The translations under genes and the position numbers were made by a program. From assembly GCA_036268015.1 (NCBI GenBank), contig DATAUX010000224.1, positions 1-43,114 on the forward strand: a stretch of 43,114 nucleotides of DNA. The letters are read 5' to 3'. Under the pieces are notes generated by a model. It had not been told where the DNA came from. It saw only the letters and a program-made list of their open reading frames with translations, and made no database searches. This DNA comes from Solirubrobacteraceae bacterium. Its GTDB lineage: Bacteria; Actinomycetota; Thermoleophilia; Solirubrobacterales; Solirubrobacteraceae. Of this stretch, positions 1 through 9,741 are shown one piece after another; position 1 is the first letter of the stretch, and each line of letters starts with the position of its first letter.

Positions 1-817
1 GATCGAGCGGGGGGCCCGGCTGCGGGTGATCGACATCCTCGACGCGGCCGATGTCAACGGCGTCTTCGACGCGGATCGCCCGGACGTCGTCTTCCACATG
101 GCGGCGCAGATCGACGTGCGCAAGTCGCTCTCGCGGCCGGCCTGGGATGCGGAGATCAACGTCCAGGGGACGATCAACGTGCTCGAGGCCGCCCGGCGGA
201 GCTCGCTCGGCCGGCTGGTGAACACGTCGACGGGTGGGGCGATCTACGGCGACGCGGACGTGATTCCGACGCCGGAGACGGCGCAGACGCGCCCGGAGGC
301 GGCCTACGGGCAGAGCAAGCTCTCAGCCGAGGGGTACTGCGGTCTGTACGAGCGGCTCTACGGTCTCTCGGTCGTCACGCTGCGCTATGGCAACGTCTAC
401 GGCCCGCGGCAGGATCCGCTGGGCGAGGCCGGTGTCGTCGCGATGTTCTGCGGCCGGCTGATGCAGGCGGCCCGGCCGACCGTCTACGGCGACGGGATGC
501 AGACCCGGGACTACGTGTATGTCGGCGATGTCGTCGAGGCCAATCTGGCGGCCGCCGCCCGCGACGAGGTTCGCGGGGCGGTCAACATCGGGACGGGCCG
601 GGAGAGCACGGTCCTCGACCTGGTCGCCGCGATGGGCCCGCTGGCCGGGGCCGGCGACTTCACGCCGGAGTTCGCGCCGGCCCGGCTCGGTGAGCTCGAC
701 CGCAGCTGCCTGGACGTGAGCCGGGCGGCCGAGCTGCTCGGGTGGAGCGCGTCGACCGAGCTGCTCGACGGGCTGCGCCGGACGATGGAGGCGACGCTCC
801 CGGCCCCAGGCCCGTGA
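1..817 (+). CDS. NAD-dependent epimerase/dehydratase (UDP-glucose 4-epimerase-like extended SDR), 5' end cut by window edge
   Basis: ORF 26..817 stays open in the same frame back to base 2. SDR hallmarks are present: VFHMAAQ, catalytic YGQSK (YxxxK) and RYGNVYGPRQ. Stop TGA 815-817 overlaps the GTG of the next gene. Confidence 0.85.
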   Translation, partial: IERGARLRVIDILDAADVNGVFDADRPDVVFHMAAQIDVRKSLSRPAWDAEINVQGTINVLEAARRSSLGRLVNTSTGGAIYGDADVIPTPETAQTRPEAAYGQSKLSAEGYCGLYERLYGLSVVTLRYGNVYGPRQDPLGEAGVVAMFCGRLMQAARPTVYGDGMQTRDYVYVGDVVEANLAAAARDEVRGAVNIGTGRESTVLDLVAAMGPLAGAGDFTPEFAPARLGELDRSCLDVSRAAELLGWSASTELLDGLRRTMEATLPAPGP

Positions 818-1776
818 CCTCGGCCGGCCGGCGGGCGCTGATCACCGGCATCTCCGGCCAGGACGGGTCGTATCTCGCCGAGCAGCTCGTCGAGGCGGGG
901 TACGCCGTCCACGGGATCGTCCGGCCGACCAGCTCGCTCGCCAATCTCGCGGGGATCCGCGACCGGATCACGCTCCACGAGGGCGAGTTCCGGGACCCGG
1001 CGTCGTTCCGCCGGGCGCTCGAGCGCAGCGCGCCCGACGAGGTCTACCACCTGGCGGCGCCGACGTTCGTCCCCGACAGCTGGCTCGACCCGGCCGGAAC
1101 GCTCGAGGCGATCGCGGTCGCCAGCGCGGATCTCCTGACCGCCGTGCGCGAGGACTCGCCCGGCGCGCGCGTTGTCGTCGCGAGCTCGCGCGAGATCTTC
1201 GGCAACCCGCGGTCGACGCCCCAGGACGAGTCGACCCCGTGCGAGCCGTCGTCGCCGTACGGGGTCGCCAAGCTCGCCGTCCACCAACTCGTCGGGCTGC
1301 TCCGCGACCGCCACGAGATGCACGCGTCGTCGGCGATCCTCTTCAACCACGAGTCGGTCCGCCGGCCGGCGCAGTTCGTCACGCGGAAGGTCACGCGGGC
1401 GGCCGCGGCGATCAGCCTCGGCCTCGAGGACGAGCTCGTGCTCGGCGATCTGGACGCCGTCCGCGACTGGTCGGCCGCGATCGACGTGATGGCCGGCCTG
1501 CGACTGATCGCCGGGCGCGACGAGCCGGGCGACTTCGTCCTCGCGAGCGGGGTCGGCCATTCGGTCGGGGATCTCGTCCGGGCGGCGTTCGCGTACGTCG
1601 ACCTCGACCCGGCTGTCCACCTGCGGCTCGACGACGCCCTGCGCCGGGCGCCGGAACCCGTCGATCCGGTCGGCGACCCGACCCGGGCGCGCGAGCTGCT
1701 CGGCTGGCGGGCGGTGATCAGCTTCGAGCAGCTGATCGGCGAGATGGTTCGCGCGGACCTCGACCTGCTCGCCTGA
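814..1776 (+). CDS. GDP-mannose 4,6-dehydratase family protein (divergent paralogue)
   Basis: Within ORF 742..1776. GTG at 814 forms a GTGA overlap with the upstream stop. Family motifs: [24 protein letters not shown] (YxxxK), ILFNHES-RRP-FVTRKV. It encodes 320 aa, the same length as the canonical copy at 5483..6445. Confidence 0.75.
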   Translation: MTSAGRRALITGISGQDGSYLAEQLVEAGYAVHGIVRPTSSLANLAGIRDRITLHEGEFRDPASFRRALERSAPDEVYHLAAPTFVPDSWLDPAGTLEAIAVASADLLTAVREDSPGARVVVASSREIFGNPRSTPQDESTPCEPSSPYGVAKLAVHQLVGLLRDRHEMHASSAILFNHESVRRPAQFVTRKVTRAAAAISLGLEDELVLGDLDAVRDWSAAIDVMAGLRLIAGRDEPGDFVLASGVGHSVGDLVRAAFAYVDLDPAVHLRLDDALRRAPEPVDPVGDPTRARELLGWRAVISFEQLIGEMVRADLDLLA

Positions 1777-1781
1777 CCGGC

Positions 1782-3329
1782 GTGGACCGGTACGACCGGC
1801 GGGAGTTCGTCGTCCGGGCCGGGGCCGCCGGCCTGGCGCTCGGGCTCGGCGCGTGCGGGGCGACCGGCGACCCTCCGGCGGCCGCCGGGCCGCCGGCCTC
1901 CGGGAAGGTCCGGCGGGCGAGCGGTGGCGCGTCGCTCGGCGACCTTCGCGCGGCCGTTCGCGGTCGGGTCGTCACGGCCGGGTCGGCCGGCTATGCCGGG
2001 GCGAAGCAGACCTACAACGAGGCCTACGACGGCGACCGGCCGATCGCGGTCGTCGCCCCGCTCGACGAGGCCGACGTCCGGGCGGCGCTGGTCTGGGCCG
2101 GTCGCCGGGACGTGGCGGTCCGGCCGCGGGCCGGCGGCCACAGCTACGCGGGCTACTCGACGGGGGACGGCGCCCTCGTGATCGACCTGCGCCGGCTCGA
2201 CGGCGTCGGCTTCGACCGGTCGTCCGGCGTCGCGTCGATCGGCCCGGGCGCCCAGCTGATCGACGTCTACAGTGGCCTCGCGACGCACGGCGTGACGGTT
2301 CCGGCGGGGTCGTGTCCGTCGGTCGGGATCGGCGGCCACGCGCTCGGCGGCGGGATCGGCCTGGCCGGGCGGGCGCTCGGCCTGACCACCGACAACATCC
2401 TCGGGGCGCGGGTGATCACGGCCGACGGCAGGCTCCGGCAGGCGGGGACCGGCCCGGGGCAGGATGCCGATCTGCTGTGGGCGCTGCGGGGGGCCGGGGC
2501 GGGGAACTTCGGCATCGTGACCCGGCTGCGGATGCGGACCCACCGGGTCGGTCCGACCGCCTGGTTCTCGGTCTCTTGGCCGTGGTCGTCGGCCGGCGCG
2601 GCGCTGGCCGCGTGGCAGCGGCTGGTGCCCGGGGCGCCGGACGCCCTGACGTCGGTCTTCCACCTTTCGACCGGGGCCGGCGGGCCGCTCGTCAGCGCGA
2701 GCGGTCAGTACTTCGGGTCGACGGGGCGGCTGGCCGGCCTGCTGCGGCCGTTGACCGGCGTCGGCGGCGCGCGACTGTCGACCGGGACCGACACCTACCT
2801 CGACCTGATGCGGCGGTGGGCCGGCTGCCTGGAGATCGGTCTCGCGAGCTGCCGGACCGAGCCGGCCGGCGTCCTCCCGCGGGCCCGGTTCGCGGCGAAG
2901 TCCGACTTCGTGGCGCGGGACCTGCCGGCCCGCGGGCGGGATCTTCTGATCCGGGCGGTCGAGCGGGCGTCGACCGACCGGTCGCTGTCGAGCGCGGCGA
3001 TCCTGCTCGACTCGTACGGCGGCGCGATCAACCGGATCGGGCCGGCGGCGACGGCCTTCGTCCACCGGCGGGCCCGGTTCGGGGTCCAGTACCTGACGTA
3101 CTACCCGTCGGCCGCCGAACTCGGCGGGGCCCGGGCGTGGCTGGCCGGTGCGTGGAAGCCGCTGCGGCCGTACGTGTCGGGCGAGGCCTACCAGAACTAC
3201 ATCGATCCGGAGCTGGCCGGGTGGGAGCGGGCGTACTACGGGAGCAACTATCCGCGCCTGCAGAGCGCGAAGGCGACCTACGACCCGGATCGCCGGTTCC
3301 ACTTCGCCCAGTCGATCCGGCCGGCCTGA
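1782..3329 (+). CDS. Tat-exported lipoprotein FAD-linked oxidase with berberine-bridge-enzyme-like C-terminus
   Basis: Inside ORF 1239..3329, with GTG at 1782 six nt after the upstream stop. The N-terminus VDRYDRREFVVRAGAAGLALGLGACG carries a twin-arginine motif plus an LGAC lipobox. PCMH-type FAD-binding motifs are RAGGHSYAGYS and GSCPSVGIGGHALGGG. The C-terminal BBE-like motif is YQNYIDPEL...YYGSNYPRL. Confidence 0.8.
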   Translation: MDRYDRREFVVRAGAAGLALGLGACGATGDPPAAAGPPASGKVRRASGGASLGDLRAAVRGRVVTAGSAGYAGAKQTYNEAYDGDRPIAVVAPLDEADVRAALVWAGRRDVAVRPRAGGHSYAGYSTGDGALVIDLRRLDGVGFDRSSGVASIGPGAQLIDVYSGLATHGVTVPAGSCPSVGIGGHALGGGIGLAGRALGLTTDNILGARVITADGRLRQAGTGPGQDADLLWALRGAGAGNFGIVTRLRMRTHRVGPTAWFSVSWPWSSAGAALAAWQRLVPGAPDALTSVFHLSTGAGGPLVSASGQYFGSTGRLAGLLRPLTGVGGARLSTGTDTYLDLMRRWAGCLEIGLASCRTEPAGVLPRARFAAKSDFVARDLPARGRDLLIRAVERASTDRSLSSAAILLDSYGGAINRIGPAATAFVHRRARFGVQYLTYYPSAAELGGARAWLAGAWKPLRPYVSGEAYQNYIDPELAGWERAYYGSNYPRLQSAKATYDPDRRFHFAQSIRPA

Positions 3330-3375
3330 GCGGCCCGCGGGTTTGGGGGTGGCCGGGAGCGGGAACGCGAGTCGC

Positions 3376-4218
3376 ATGAGATCTTCACAGACAGCCGTTC
3401 CAACTCTTCCCCTCCCGGGCGAGGTCGAGATCCCCCAGCTCGGCTTCGGCGTCTTCCAGGTCCCGCCCAAGGACACCGCGGAGGTCGTCACCCACGCCCT
3501 GAGCGCCGGATACCGGCACATCGACACGGCCGCGGCATACCGCAACGAGGCCGGCGTCGGGGCGGCGATCCACGCGGCCGGGCTGGCTCGCGACGACGTC
3601 TTCATCACGACGAAGTGCTTCAACGACGACCACGGCTACGACCAGGCGATCCGCGCGTGCAAGGCCAGTCTCGAGCAGCTCGAGGTCTCCCACCTCGACC
3701 TCTACCTGATCCACTGGCCGGTCCCCGCCCACGACAGGTACGTCGAGACCTGGAAGGCTCTGATCGACCTCCAGGCCGACGGTCTGACCCGGGCGATCGG
3801 CGTGTCGAACTTCCAGCCGGCGCACCTCGAGCGGATCATCGCGGAGACGGGGGTCACGCCGGCCGTCAACCAGGTCGAGCTGCATCCGCGCTTCCAGCAG
3901 GCTGGCCTGCGCCGCGAGCACGCCGACCTCGGGATCGTCACCGAGGCGTGGAGCCCGCTCGCCCAGGGGCTGGTCCTCGACGACCCGACGATCGAGGCGA
4001 TCGCCGACGAGCACGGCAGGACGCCGAGTCAGATCGTGATCCGCTGGCACCTCCAGCTGGGGAACGTCGTGATCCCGAAGTCGGTCACCCCAGACCGGAT
4101 CGTCGAGAACTTCGACGTCCTAGACTTCCACCTCAGCCAGGCGGAGATGGCGTCGATCGAGGCGCTGGACGCCGGCCAGCGGACGGGACCGGACCCGGAC
4201 ACCTTCATCCGGCCGTAA
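3376..4218 (+). CDS. aldo/keto reductase (2,5-diketo-D-gluconate reductase-like)
   Basis: ATG at 3376 inside ORF 3148..4218. AKR motifs: GFGVFQV, HIDTAAAYRNE, DLYLIHWP, VIPKSVTPDRIVENF. Confidence 0.9.
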   Translation: MRSSQTAVPTLPLPGEVEIPQLGFGVFQVPPKDTAEVVTHALSAGYRHIDTAAAYRNEAGVGAAIHAAGLARDDVFITTKCFNDDHGYDQAIRACKASLEQLEVSHLDLYLIHWPVPAHDRYVETWKALIDLQADGLTRAIGVSNFQPAHLERIIAETGVTPAVNQVELHPRFQQAGLRREHADLGIVTEAWSPLAQGLVLDDPTIEAIADEHGRTPSQIVIRWHLQLGNVVIPKSVTPDRIVENFDVLDFHLSQAEMASIEALDAGQRTGPDPDTFIRP

Positions 4219-4250
4219 CGACGGCCGGAGCGGCCATACAAGGGAGAGAC

Positions 4251-4985
4251 ATGAGGCGGACGATGCTGACGGGGGCGCTGCTCGTCGGAGGCCTGCTCGG
4301 GCTTCCGGCCGCCGGCGCGCAGGCGGCGACGCAGTGCACCGGCCTGCTCACCGACCAGACGATCAACGGGCCGCTCCAGGTCCCGCCGAACTCCGTCTGC
4401 GCCCTGATGGGCGTCAGGGTCAACGGCAGCGTCTCGATCGGAAAGGGCGCGGCGTTCGCGCTCGGCTACAGGAACGCGCCTCGCGGCAACACGATCACCG
4501 GGGCGATCAACGGCACCGACATCCAATCGTTCGACACCGACGTCCCCGGCTCGACCGTCGACGGAGCGATCGACCTCAAAGGCGTCACGACGGTTCCGTA
4601 CCTCAGTCTCCTCAGCACGCTCGGCCTGCCGGACCTCGACACCGACGGGGCGAATTTCTTCACGGCGCTCGACGTCCACGGTGCCACGGACATCACGGGG
4701 AGCCTGGCCGGCGCCCGGTGGGACGACGACACGGGTTACCCGAGCGACTTCGCCGGCGGCTTCAGCTACACCGGGAACGCGGCCTATCTCAGCCTGGTCA
4801 ACGGCAGCACGATCGGCAGCGCGATGACCGTCAAGGGGAACACCGGTGGCGGAGAGCTCGGAAGGCTGGCCGGCCTGAAGATCGGTGGCAGCCTGAGCTG
4901 CGGCAACGCCCCGGCCTTCAGCGTGTACGCGGTCCAGGTCACCGGCCACGACGGCGCGACCAGCGCGACCGGCGGCCTCTGCTGA
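4251..4985 (+). CDS. secreted hypothetical protein (Gly/Thr/Asn-rich, beta-helix-like by composition)
   Basis: ATG at 4251 is preceded by AGGGAGAG. The signal peptide is MRRTMLTGALLVGGLLGLPAAGAQA. GC3 is high. I recognise no family. Confidence 0.65.
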   Translation: MRRTMLTGALLVGGLLGLPAAGAQAATQCTGLLTDQTINGPLQVPPNSVCALMGVRVNGSVSIGKGAAFALGYRNAPRGNTITGAINGTDIQSFDTDVPGSTVDGAIDLKGVTTVPYLSLLSTLGLPDLDTDGANFFTALDVHGATDITGSLAGARWDDDTGYPSDFAGGFSYTGNAAYLSLVNGSTIGSAMTVKGNTGGGELGRLAGLKIGGSLSCGNAPAFSVYAVQVTGHDGATSATGGLC

Positions 4986-5050
4986 GCGGGTGACCGGCTG
5001 CCTCTGCTGAGCGGGTGACCGGCGGCCTCTGCTGAGCGGGCGACGGGCGG
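4976..5050. repeat. 25-bp tandem repeat x3 (CCTCTGCTGAGCGGGTGACCGGYKG) spanning the stop codon of the 4251..4985 gene
   Basis: Units lie at 4976-5000, 5001-5025 and 5026-5050 with 1-3 mismatches. Each unit re-copies the ...CTC TGC TGA end of the CDS. Confidence 0.9.
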
Positions 5051-5068
5051 CCGCTGCCGGGCCTCGTC

Positions 5069-5100
5069 GGGCAGGTCTGCGCGCCTGACGCGGCCTGCCC
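5069..5100 (+). terminator. terminator-like GC hairpin
   Basis: GGGCAGG (5069-5075) pairs with CCTGCCC (5094-5100) around an 18-nt GC-rich loop. It is followed by TCGCGTCTTGT, so there is only a weak U tract. Confidence 0.35.
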
Positions 5101-5139
5101 TCGCGTCTTGTGGCGATAGCGTTAGTCTTCGCTCGCCGC

Positions 5140-5469
5140 ATGACCCAGCACCTCCAATCGATGCGCGCCCCGCGGGCCCAGATCAACACGCCGTGCATGC
5201 TGCGACGGCGGACTGGCTCGCCGATTCCAGCCCACACGGTCGAGCTCGGACCGGAGGGGATGCGGGTCTCGAGCCCCCGCCCGCTGTCAGCCGACGAGGC
5301 GGTCGACTTCGACATCCCCGGCCTCGAGATGCGGGTCGGCGGCCACGCGCGGGTGCTCCGTCAGCAGCGTCTGAACGTCTACGTCCTGCGCTTCGAGCGG
5401 CTCCCGGAGCCGATGGTCCGCTGCCTCCACGCGCTGGCGATCAACTCGCCGGCCCCGCCGCTCGACTGA
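5140..5469 (+). CDS. PilZ-like small protein with degenerate c-di-GMP motifs
   Basis: ORF 5110..5469 (GTG 5110; ATG 5140 preferred). GC3 is high. It has a PilZ-like layout: SMRAPRAQI...(about 25 aa)...ELGPEGMRV, then beta-strand-like RVGGHARVLR...VYVLRFERL. Confidence 0.45.
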   Translation: MTQHLQSMRAPRAQINTPCMLRRRTGSPIPAHTVELGPEGMRVSSPRPLSADEAVDFDIPGLEMRVGGHARVLRQQRLNVYVLRFERLPEPMVRCLHALAINSPAPPLD

Positions 5470-5482
5470 GCCCGGGCGCCGG

Positions 5483-6445
5483 TCAGCGGGCGAGCAGCCT
5501 GCGGTCGGCGTCGACCATCAGCCGGATCATCGTCTCGAAGCTCGTCCGCGGCTCCCAGCCGAGGATCCGCTTGGCCTTCGAACCGTCGCCGACGAGCTGG
5601 TCGACCTCGGCCGGCCTGATCATCGCCGGGTCGGTCTGGACCTTGCCGTCGAGCTCGAGGCCGGCCTGGTCGAAGGCGATCTCCAGGCACTCGCGGACGG
5701 AGTGGGTGACGCCGGTCGCGATCACGAAGTCCTCGGGCTCGTCCTGCTGGAGCATCAGCCACATCGCCTCGACGTAGTCCTTCGCGTAGCCCCAGTCGCG
5801 CTCGGCATCGAGGTTGCCGAGGCTGATCCTGTCGACCAGGCCGAGGGCGATCGCCGCCGCGTGCCAGGTGATCTTCCGCGTCACGAACTCCAGCCCGCGC
5901 CGCTCGGACTCGTGGTTGAAGAGGATCCCGCTGGTCGCGTGGAGGGCGTATGACTCGCGGTAGTTGACCGTGATGAAGTGGCCGTAGGCCTTGGCCACGC
6001 CGTACGGCGACCGCGGGTAGAACGGCGTCAGCTCGGTCTGGGGAATCTCGCGCACCTTGCCGAACATCTCGCTCGACGACGCCTGGTAGAAGCGGGCCTC
6101 CGGGCAGACCTCGCGCATCGCCTCGAGCATCCGGGTGACGCCGACGCCGGTGAACTCCGCCGTCAGCGTCGGCTGGAGCCACGACACGGCGACATAGGAC
6201 ATCGCCGCGAGGTTGTAGATCTCCTGGGGATTGGACGCACGCATCGTGTCGACCAGCGATCGCTGGTCGAGCACGTCGCCCTGATGGAGCACGATCCGGT
6301 CGCGGAGATGCTCGATCCGGTCGAACTTCTCGGTCGACGACCGGCGGACCATCCCGTGCACCTCGTACCCCCGGTCGAGCAGCAGCTCCGCGAGGTAAGA
6401 GCCGTCCTGGCCGGTGATTCCGGTGATCAACGCAGTCGGGCTCAT
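5483..6445 (-). CDS. gmd: GDP-mannose 4,6-dehydratase
   Basis: Begins [23 protein letters not shown]. Motifs: [57 protein letters not shown]. The ATG overlaps the upstream stop (ATGA at 6442-6445). Confidence 0.93.
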   Translation of the reverse strand: MSPTALITGITGQDGSYLAELLLDRGYEVHGMVRRSSTEKFDRIEHLRDRIVLHQGDVLDQRSLVDTMRASNPQEIYNLAAMSYVAVSWLQPTLTAEFTGVGVTRMLEAMREVCPEARFYQASSSEMFGKVREIPQTELTPFYPRSPYGVAKAYGHFITVNYRESYALHATSGILFNHESERRGLEFVTRKITWHAAAIALGLVDRISLGNLDAERDWGYAKDYVEAMWLMLQQDEPEDFVIATGVTHSVRECLEIAFDQAGLELDGKVQTDPAMIRPAEVDQLVGDGSKAKRILGWEPRTSFETMIRLMVDADRRLLAR

Positions 6446-7407
6446 AGGGCCACGGCCTCCTGTTCGTTTAGCCAGCGGGCGGTGCCGGCGATTCCTTCGT
6501 GTACATCGATCCTGGCTTCCCACCCGAGCAGTCTCCTGGCCTTCTCGACGGACGGCCACCGCCGGGGAACGTCGACCGCGAAGCTCGGCAGGTGCGCGAG
6601 TTCGAACGCGTCCGGGTCGGCCCCGCAGGCGTCCCAGACGATCCGGGCGATCGCGGCGACGGTCAGCTCGTCGGCGGCCGAGATGTTGAAGTCCTCGTTC
6701 AGGCCGGCCGGCGAGCGCATCGCGGCGACGATGCCGTCGGCGATGTCGTCGACGTGCGTCAGCGTCCGGGTCTGGTCTCCCGAGCCGAAGATCTCGAGCG
6801 GGCGCTGGCCGGCCAGGACCTTGCGGATCAGGTCGGGCACGGCGTGGGCGATGCCCGGCTCGTCGGTCGGCATCTCGCCGGGACCGTACGCGTTGAACGG
6901 CCTGCAGATCGTGTACGGCAGCCCGTGCTCGTCGTGGGCCGCCCGGCAGTAGACCTCGCCGGTCAGCTTGGAGAAGCCGTAGGCCGACCGGGGGACCGGA
7001 CAGTCGTCGATGTAGTCCTCGGGCGTCGGGAACAGCTCGGCCCGCTCGAAGACCATCGACGACGAGACGTAGACGAAGCGGTCGACGTCCGCGTCGAGGG
7101 CGGCCCGGACGACGGCGTTGTAGAGCGCGTTGTTGACCTCGGTCAGCGTGTGCGGCAGGCGGTGGAAGTTGGCGATCCCGCCGACGATCGCCGCGCAGTG
7201 GATGACATGGGTGCAGCCGGACATCGCGAGCCTGGCCTGCTCGAGCAGGCGGAGGTCTCCGGTGTGCACCTCGCAGCCCTCGCGAATCCACTGGGGCGCG
7301 TCGCGCTGGTCTGAGACGCGAACCTCGAAGTTCGGGTCGCCGATCAGCCGGCGGACCAGCGCCTGCCCGATCATCCCGACGCCGCCGGTGACCAGGACGC
7401 GGCTCAC
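6442..7407 (-). CDS. NAD-dependent epimerase/dehydratase; by operon context a candidate GDP-4-keto-6-deoxymannose reductase/epimerase
   Basis: Begins [18 protein letters not shown] (Rossmann fold) and has [11 protein letters not shown] (YxxxK). GTG at 7407 overlaps the upstream stop (GTGA). Confidence 0.85.
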   Translation of the reverse strand: MSRVLVTGGVGMIGQALVRRLIGDPNFEVRVSDQRDAPQWIREGCEVHTGDLRLLEQARLAMSGCTHVIHCAAIVGGIANFHRLPHTLTEVNNALYNAVVRAALDADVDRFVYVSSSMVFERAELFPTPEDYIDDCPVPRSAYGFSKLTGEVYCRAAHDEHGLPYTICRPFNAYGPGEMPTDEPGIAHAVPDLIRKVLAGQRPLEIFGSGDQTRTLTHVDDIADGIVAAMRSPAGLNEDFNISAADELTVAAIARIVWDACGADPDAFELAHLPSFAVDVPRRWPSVEKARRLLGWEARIDVHEGIAGTARWLNEQEAVAL

Positions 7408-8639
7408 CCGGCGGCCACCAGGTCGCGGAGCTCGGCGGCGAACGCGAACACCTGGCCGGCGCCCCAGCAGTTCCACGGGTCGATCACAATCGCGCCCTCG
7501 GGAATCGCGGCGAGTGCCTCGGGCGTGCAGAAGACGCTGTGGTTGGTCGCGACGATCACGGCCTCGGCCCCGTCGAGCACGTCCTCGAAGCTCGCGGTCG
7601 GCGTGTCGACGAGCGGATCGTGGACGGCGACATCGGCCAGCTCGCGCTCGAGCAGGCGGATCAGCTTGTGCGACAGCGAATCCCGCTCGTCGTCGGTGTC
7701 CGCCTTGAAGGCCAGGCCGAGCACGGCGATCTTGCGTCCGTCGAGGCCGCCGAGCCGGCGTTTGGCGCCGCCGACGAGAAACAGGGGGACGGACTCGTTG
7801 ACCCGCGAGACGGCCAGCAGCATGCCGGGCGCGGCGGAGCGCTCCTCGGAGAAGGTGAAGTCCTTGCGCAGGCAGGTCCCGGCCGTGAAGCCCGGCCGGG
7901 CGATCCCGCCGCGGGGATAGTCGCGGTTGATCAGGTCGATCACCTCGAAGACGTTGGCCCCGTGCTGCTCGCAGTCCATCATCAGGAGGTTCGGCAGGGC
8001 GAAGTTCGTGTAGCGGAGGATGTTCGTCCAGATCTTGGCCAGCTCGGCCTGGGCCGGGGTCGTCTGGACGATCGGGGCGCCGAACACGCCGAACAGCTCG
8101 GCGGCGGCCTGACCGGACGCTTCGCCGACGCCGCCGATGATGCATGGAAGGGTGTCGATCTCCTCGAGGAACCGGCCGGCGGCGATCCGCTCGGGCGCGT
8201 GCGAGACGTGCACGTCGATCCCGATCTCGAAGCCCCGGTGCTTGCGCAGGTAGCCGGCGACGAAGGCCGTCGTCCCGGGGGCGATCGTCGACCGGAGGAT
8301 CACCGAGTGGCCGTTGCGGAGCACCGGCAGGAGGTCGTCGAGGGCCTGTCGGATGTCACGCATGTCGATCTCGATGTGCGAGAACGAAGGCGTCCCGAGC
8401 GTGATCACGATGTGTCGTGCCTGGGCTGCGTCGGCGATCCGGTCCGACAGCGACAGGTTGGTCCGGTCGAGCAGTTCCTGTGTGCCCGTCTCCCGGAACG
8501 GCATCCGCCCGGCGCGCAGGGCCTCGAGGCGGGCCGGGTCGTTGTCGATACCGAGCACCGACTGTCCCCGGTCGGCGAAGCACAGGGCCAGAGGCAGGCC
8601 GACTCGGCCCAGGCCGACGATCGAGACGTCGTAGCTCAT
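7404..8639 (-). CDS. nucleotide-sugar 6-dehydrogenase (UDP-glucose/GDP-mannose dehydrogenase family)
   Basis: ORF 7404..8639. Begins [34 protein letters not shown]. Central [11 protein letters not shown] (catalytic Cys region) and C-terminal [15 protein letters not shown]. Confidence 0.9.
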   Translation of the reverse strand: MSYDVSIVGLGRVGLPLALCFADRGQSVLGIDNDPARLEALRAGRMPFRETGTQELLDRTNLSLSDRIADAAQARHIVITLGTPSFSHIEIDMRDIRQALDDLLPVLRNGHSVILRSTIAPGTTAFVAGYLRKHRGFEIGIDVHVSHAPERIAAGRFLEEIDTLPCIIGGVGEASGQAAAELFGVFGAPIVQTTPAQAELAKIWTNILRYTNFALPNLLMMDCEQHGANVFEVIDLINRDYPRGGIARPGFTAGTCLRKDFTFSEERSAAPGMLLAVSRVNESVPLFLVGGAKRRLGGLDGRKIAVLGLAFKADTDDERDSLSHKLIRLLERELADVAVHDPLVDTPTASFEDVLDGAEAVIVATNHSVFCTPEALAAIPEGAIVIDPWNCWGAGQVFAFAAELRDLVAAG

Positions 8640-8767
8640 CGCAGGAGCAGGCTACCGGGCACCGGCCGGCAATCCGGTCTGGTCGGGGTCTGCCAGGTCG
8701 GCGGCATAGACTCGCGGCGGCGACAGAGGTGTTGCCATTTCCACATGATCCTGCTCGAACGCGTCAA

Positions 8768-9712
8768 ATGACCAATTGTCTCGTTGTCGGCGGCGGGTTT
8801 CTCGGCAGCCATGTCGCGGCGGCCCTGGCGACCGCCGGGCACCCGGTCATGCTCTACAGCCGGTCGTTCAGCGCCTGGCTCGACGAACCGCACGTAGCCG
8901 GCGCCGGAATCCGGCGGGTGCACGGAACGCTCCCACCGGGAGAAGGCCTGACCGAGCTGATCGATGCGGCCGAGATCGTCTTCTACCTGGGCGGGTCGAG
9001 CACGCCGGCGATGGCCGGGACCGACCCCGGCTGGTCGATCTCGAGCTCGGTCGTCCCGGCGACCGCGCTGCTCGACCTGATGCGGCCGACCGCCACCCGG
9101 CGGATCGTCGTCGCCTCGTCGGGCGGGACCGTCTACGGCGTGGTGAACCGGCTGCCGACTCCCGAGACCCACGCGACCGAGCCGATCAGCATCCATGGCC
9201 ACAACTCGCTGACCGTCGAGCGGTACGCGATGTTCTACGCCCGCCACCACGGCTTCGAGCCGGTGATCCTCCGCTACGCGAACCCCTACGGTCCCGGCCA
9301 GCTGGCCCGGCGCGGGCAGGGGGTGATCGCGGCCTGGTGCGACGCGCTGGCCGGTGGCCGGCCGATCTGCATCTACGGTGATCCGGCGACCCGGCGCGAT
9401 CTGCTCTACGTCGACGACGCCGCGCTCGCGACGGTCGCGGCCGGCTTCGAGGCTGACGCGCCAGGCATCTACAACGTCGGGTCCGGCTGCTCCGTCTCAC
9501 TCGAGGAGCTGGCCGGCCGCCTCCAGGCCGTCTCCGGCCGCCACGCCCCGGTCGAGCGCCAGCCCCACCGGCCGGTCGACGTCCCGGCCACCCAACTCGA
9601 CTGCTCGCTGCTGGCCGTCCAGACCGGCTGGAAGGCCGTCACCAAGCTCGACGACGGGCTCCGCTCGAGCTGGGCGTGGGCGCGGCGCGGCGCCCTTCGA
9701 GCCGCTGGCTAG
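8768..9712 (+). CDS. NAD-dependent epimerase/dehydratase
   Basis: ATG at 8768 inside ORF 8417..9712. Begins MTNCLVVGGGFLGSHVA. Motif RYANPYGPGQ. Divergent from the 8639 operon. Confidence 0.85.
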   Translation: MTNCLVVGGGFLGSHVAAALATAGHPVMLYSRSFSAWLDEPHVAGAGIRRVHGTLPPGEGLTELIDAAEIVFYLGGSSTPAMAGTDPGWSISSSVVPATALLDLMRPTATRRIVVASSGGTVYGVVNRLPTPETHATEPISIHGHNSLTVERYAMFYARHHGFEPVILRYANPYGPGQLARRGQGVIAAWCDALAGGRPICIYGDPATRRDLLYVDDAALATVAAGFEADAPGIYNVGSGCSVSLEELAGRLQAVSGRHAPVERQPHRPVDVPATQLDCSLLAVQTGWKAVTKLDDGLRSSWAWARRGALRAAG

Positions 9713-9722
9713 GCCCGCGCCG

Positions 9723-9741
9723 GCGCTCTCTCGCAGAGCGC
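9723..9741 (+). terminator. terminator-like hairpin after the epimerase gene
   Basis: GCGCTCT-ctcgc-AGAGCGC: a 7-bp stem with a 5-nt loop, 11 nt after stop 9712. No U tract. Confidence 0.3.

Noticed and set aside
1044-3623. Very long shadow ORFs, for example 1044..3623(-) 859 aa, 10950..13193(-) 747 aa, 21606..24323(+) 905 aa, 26520..28721(+) 733 aa, 33299..35539(-) upstream part, 19159..21297(-) upstream part
   Set aside because: They are Arg/Pro/Gly/Asp-rich low-complexity translations lying antisense or out of frame to genes with clear family motifs. Stop codons are rare in any frame of a genome this GC-rich, so ORF length alone is not evidence.
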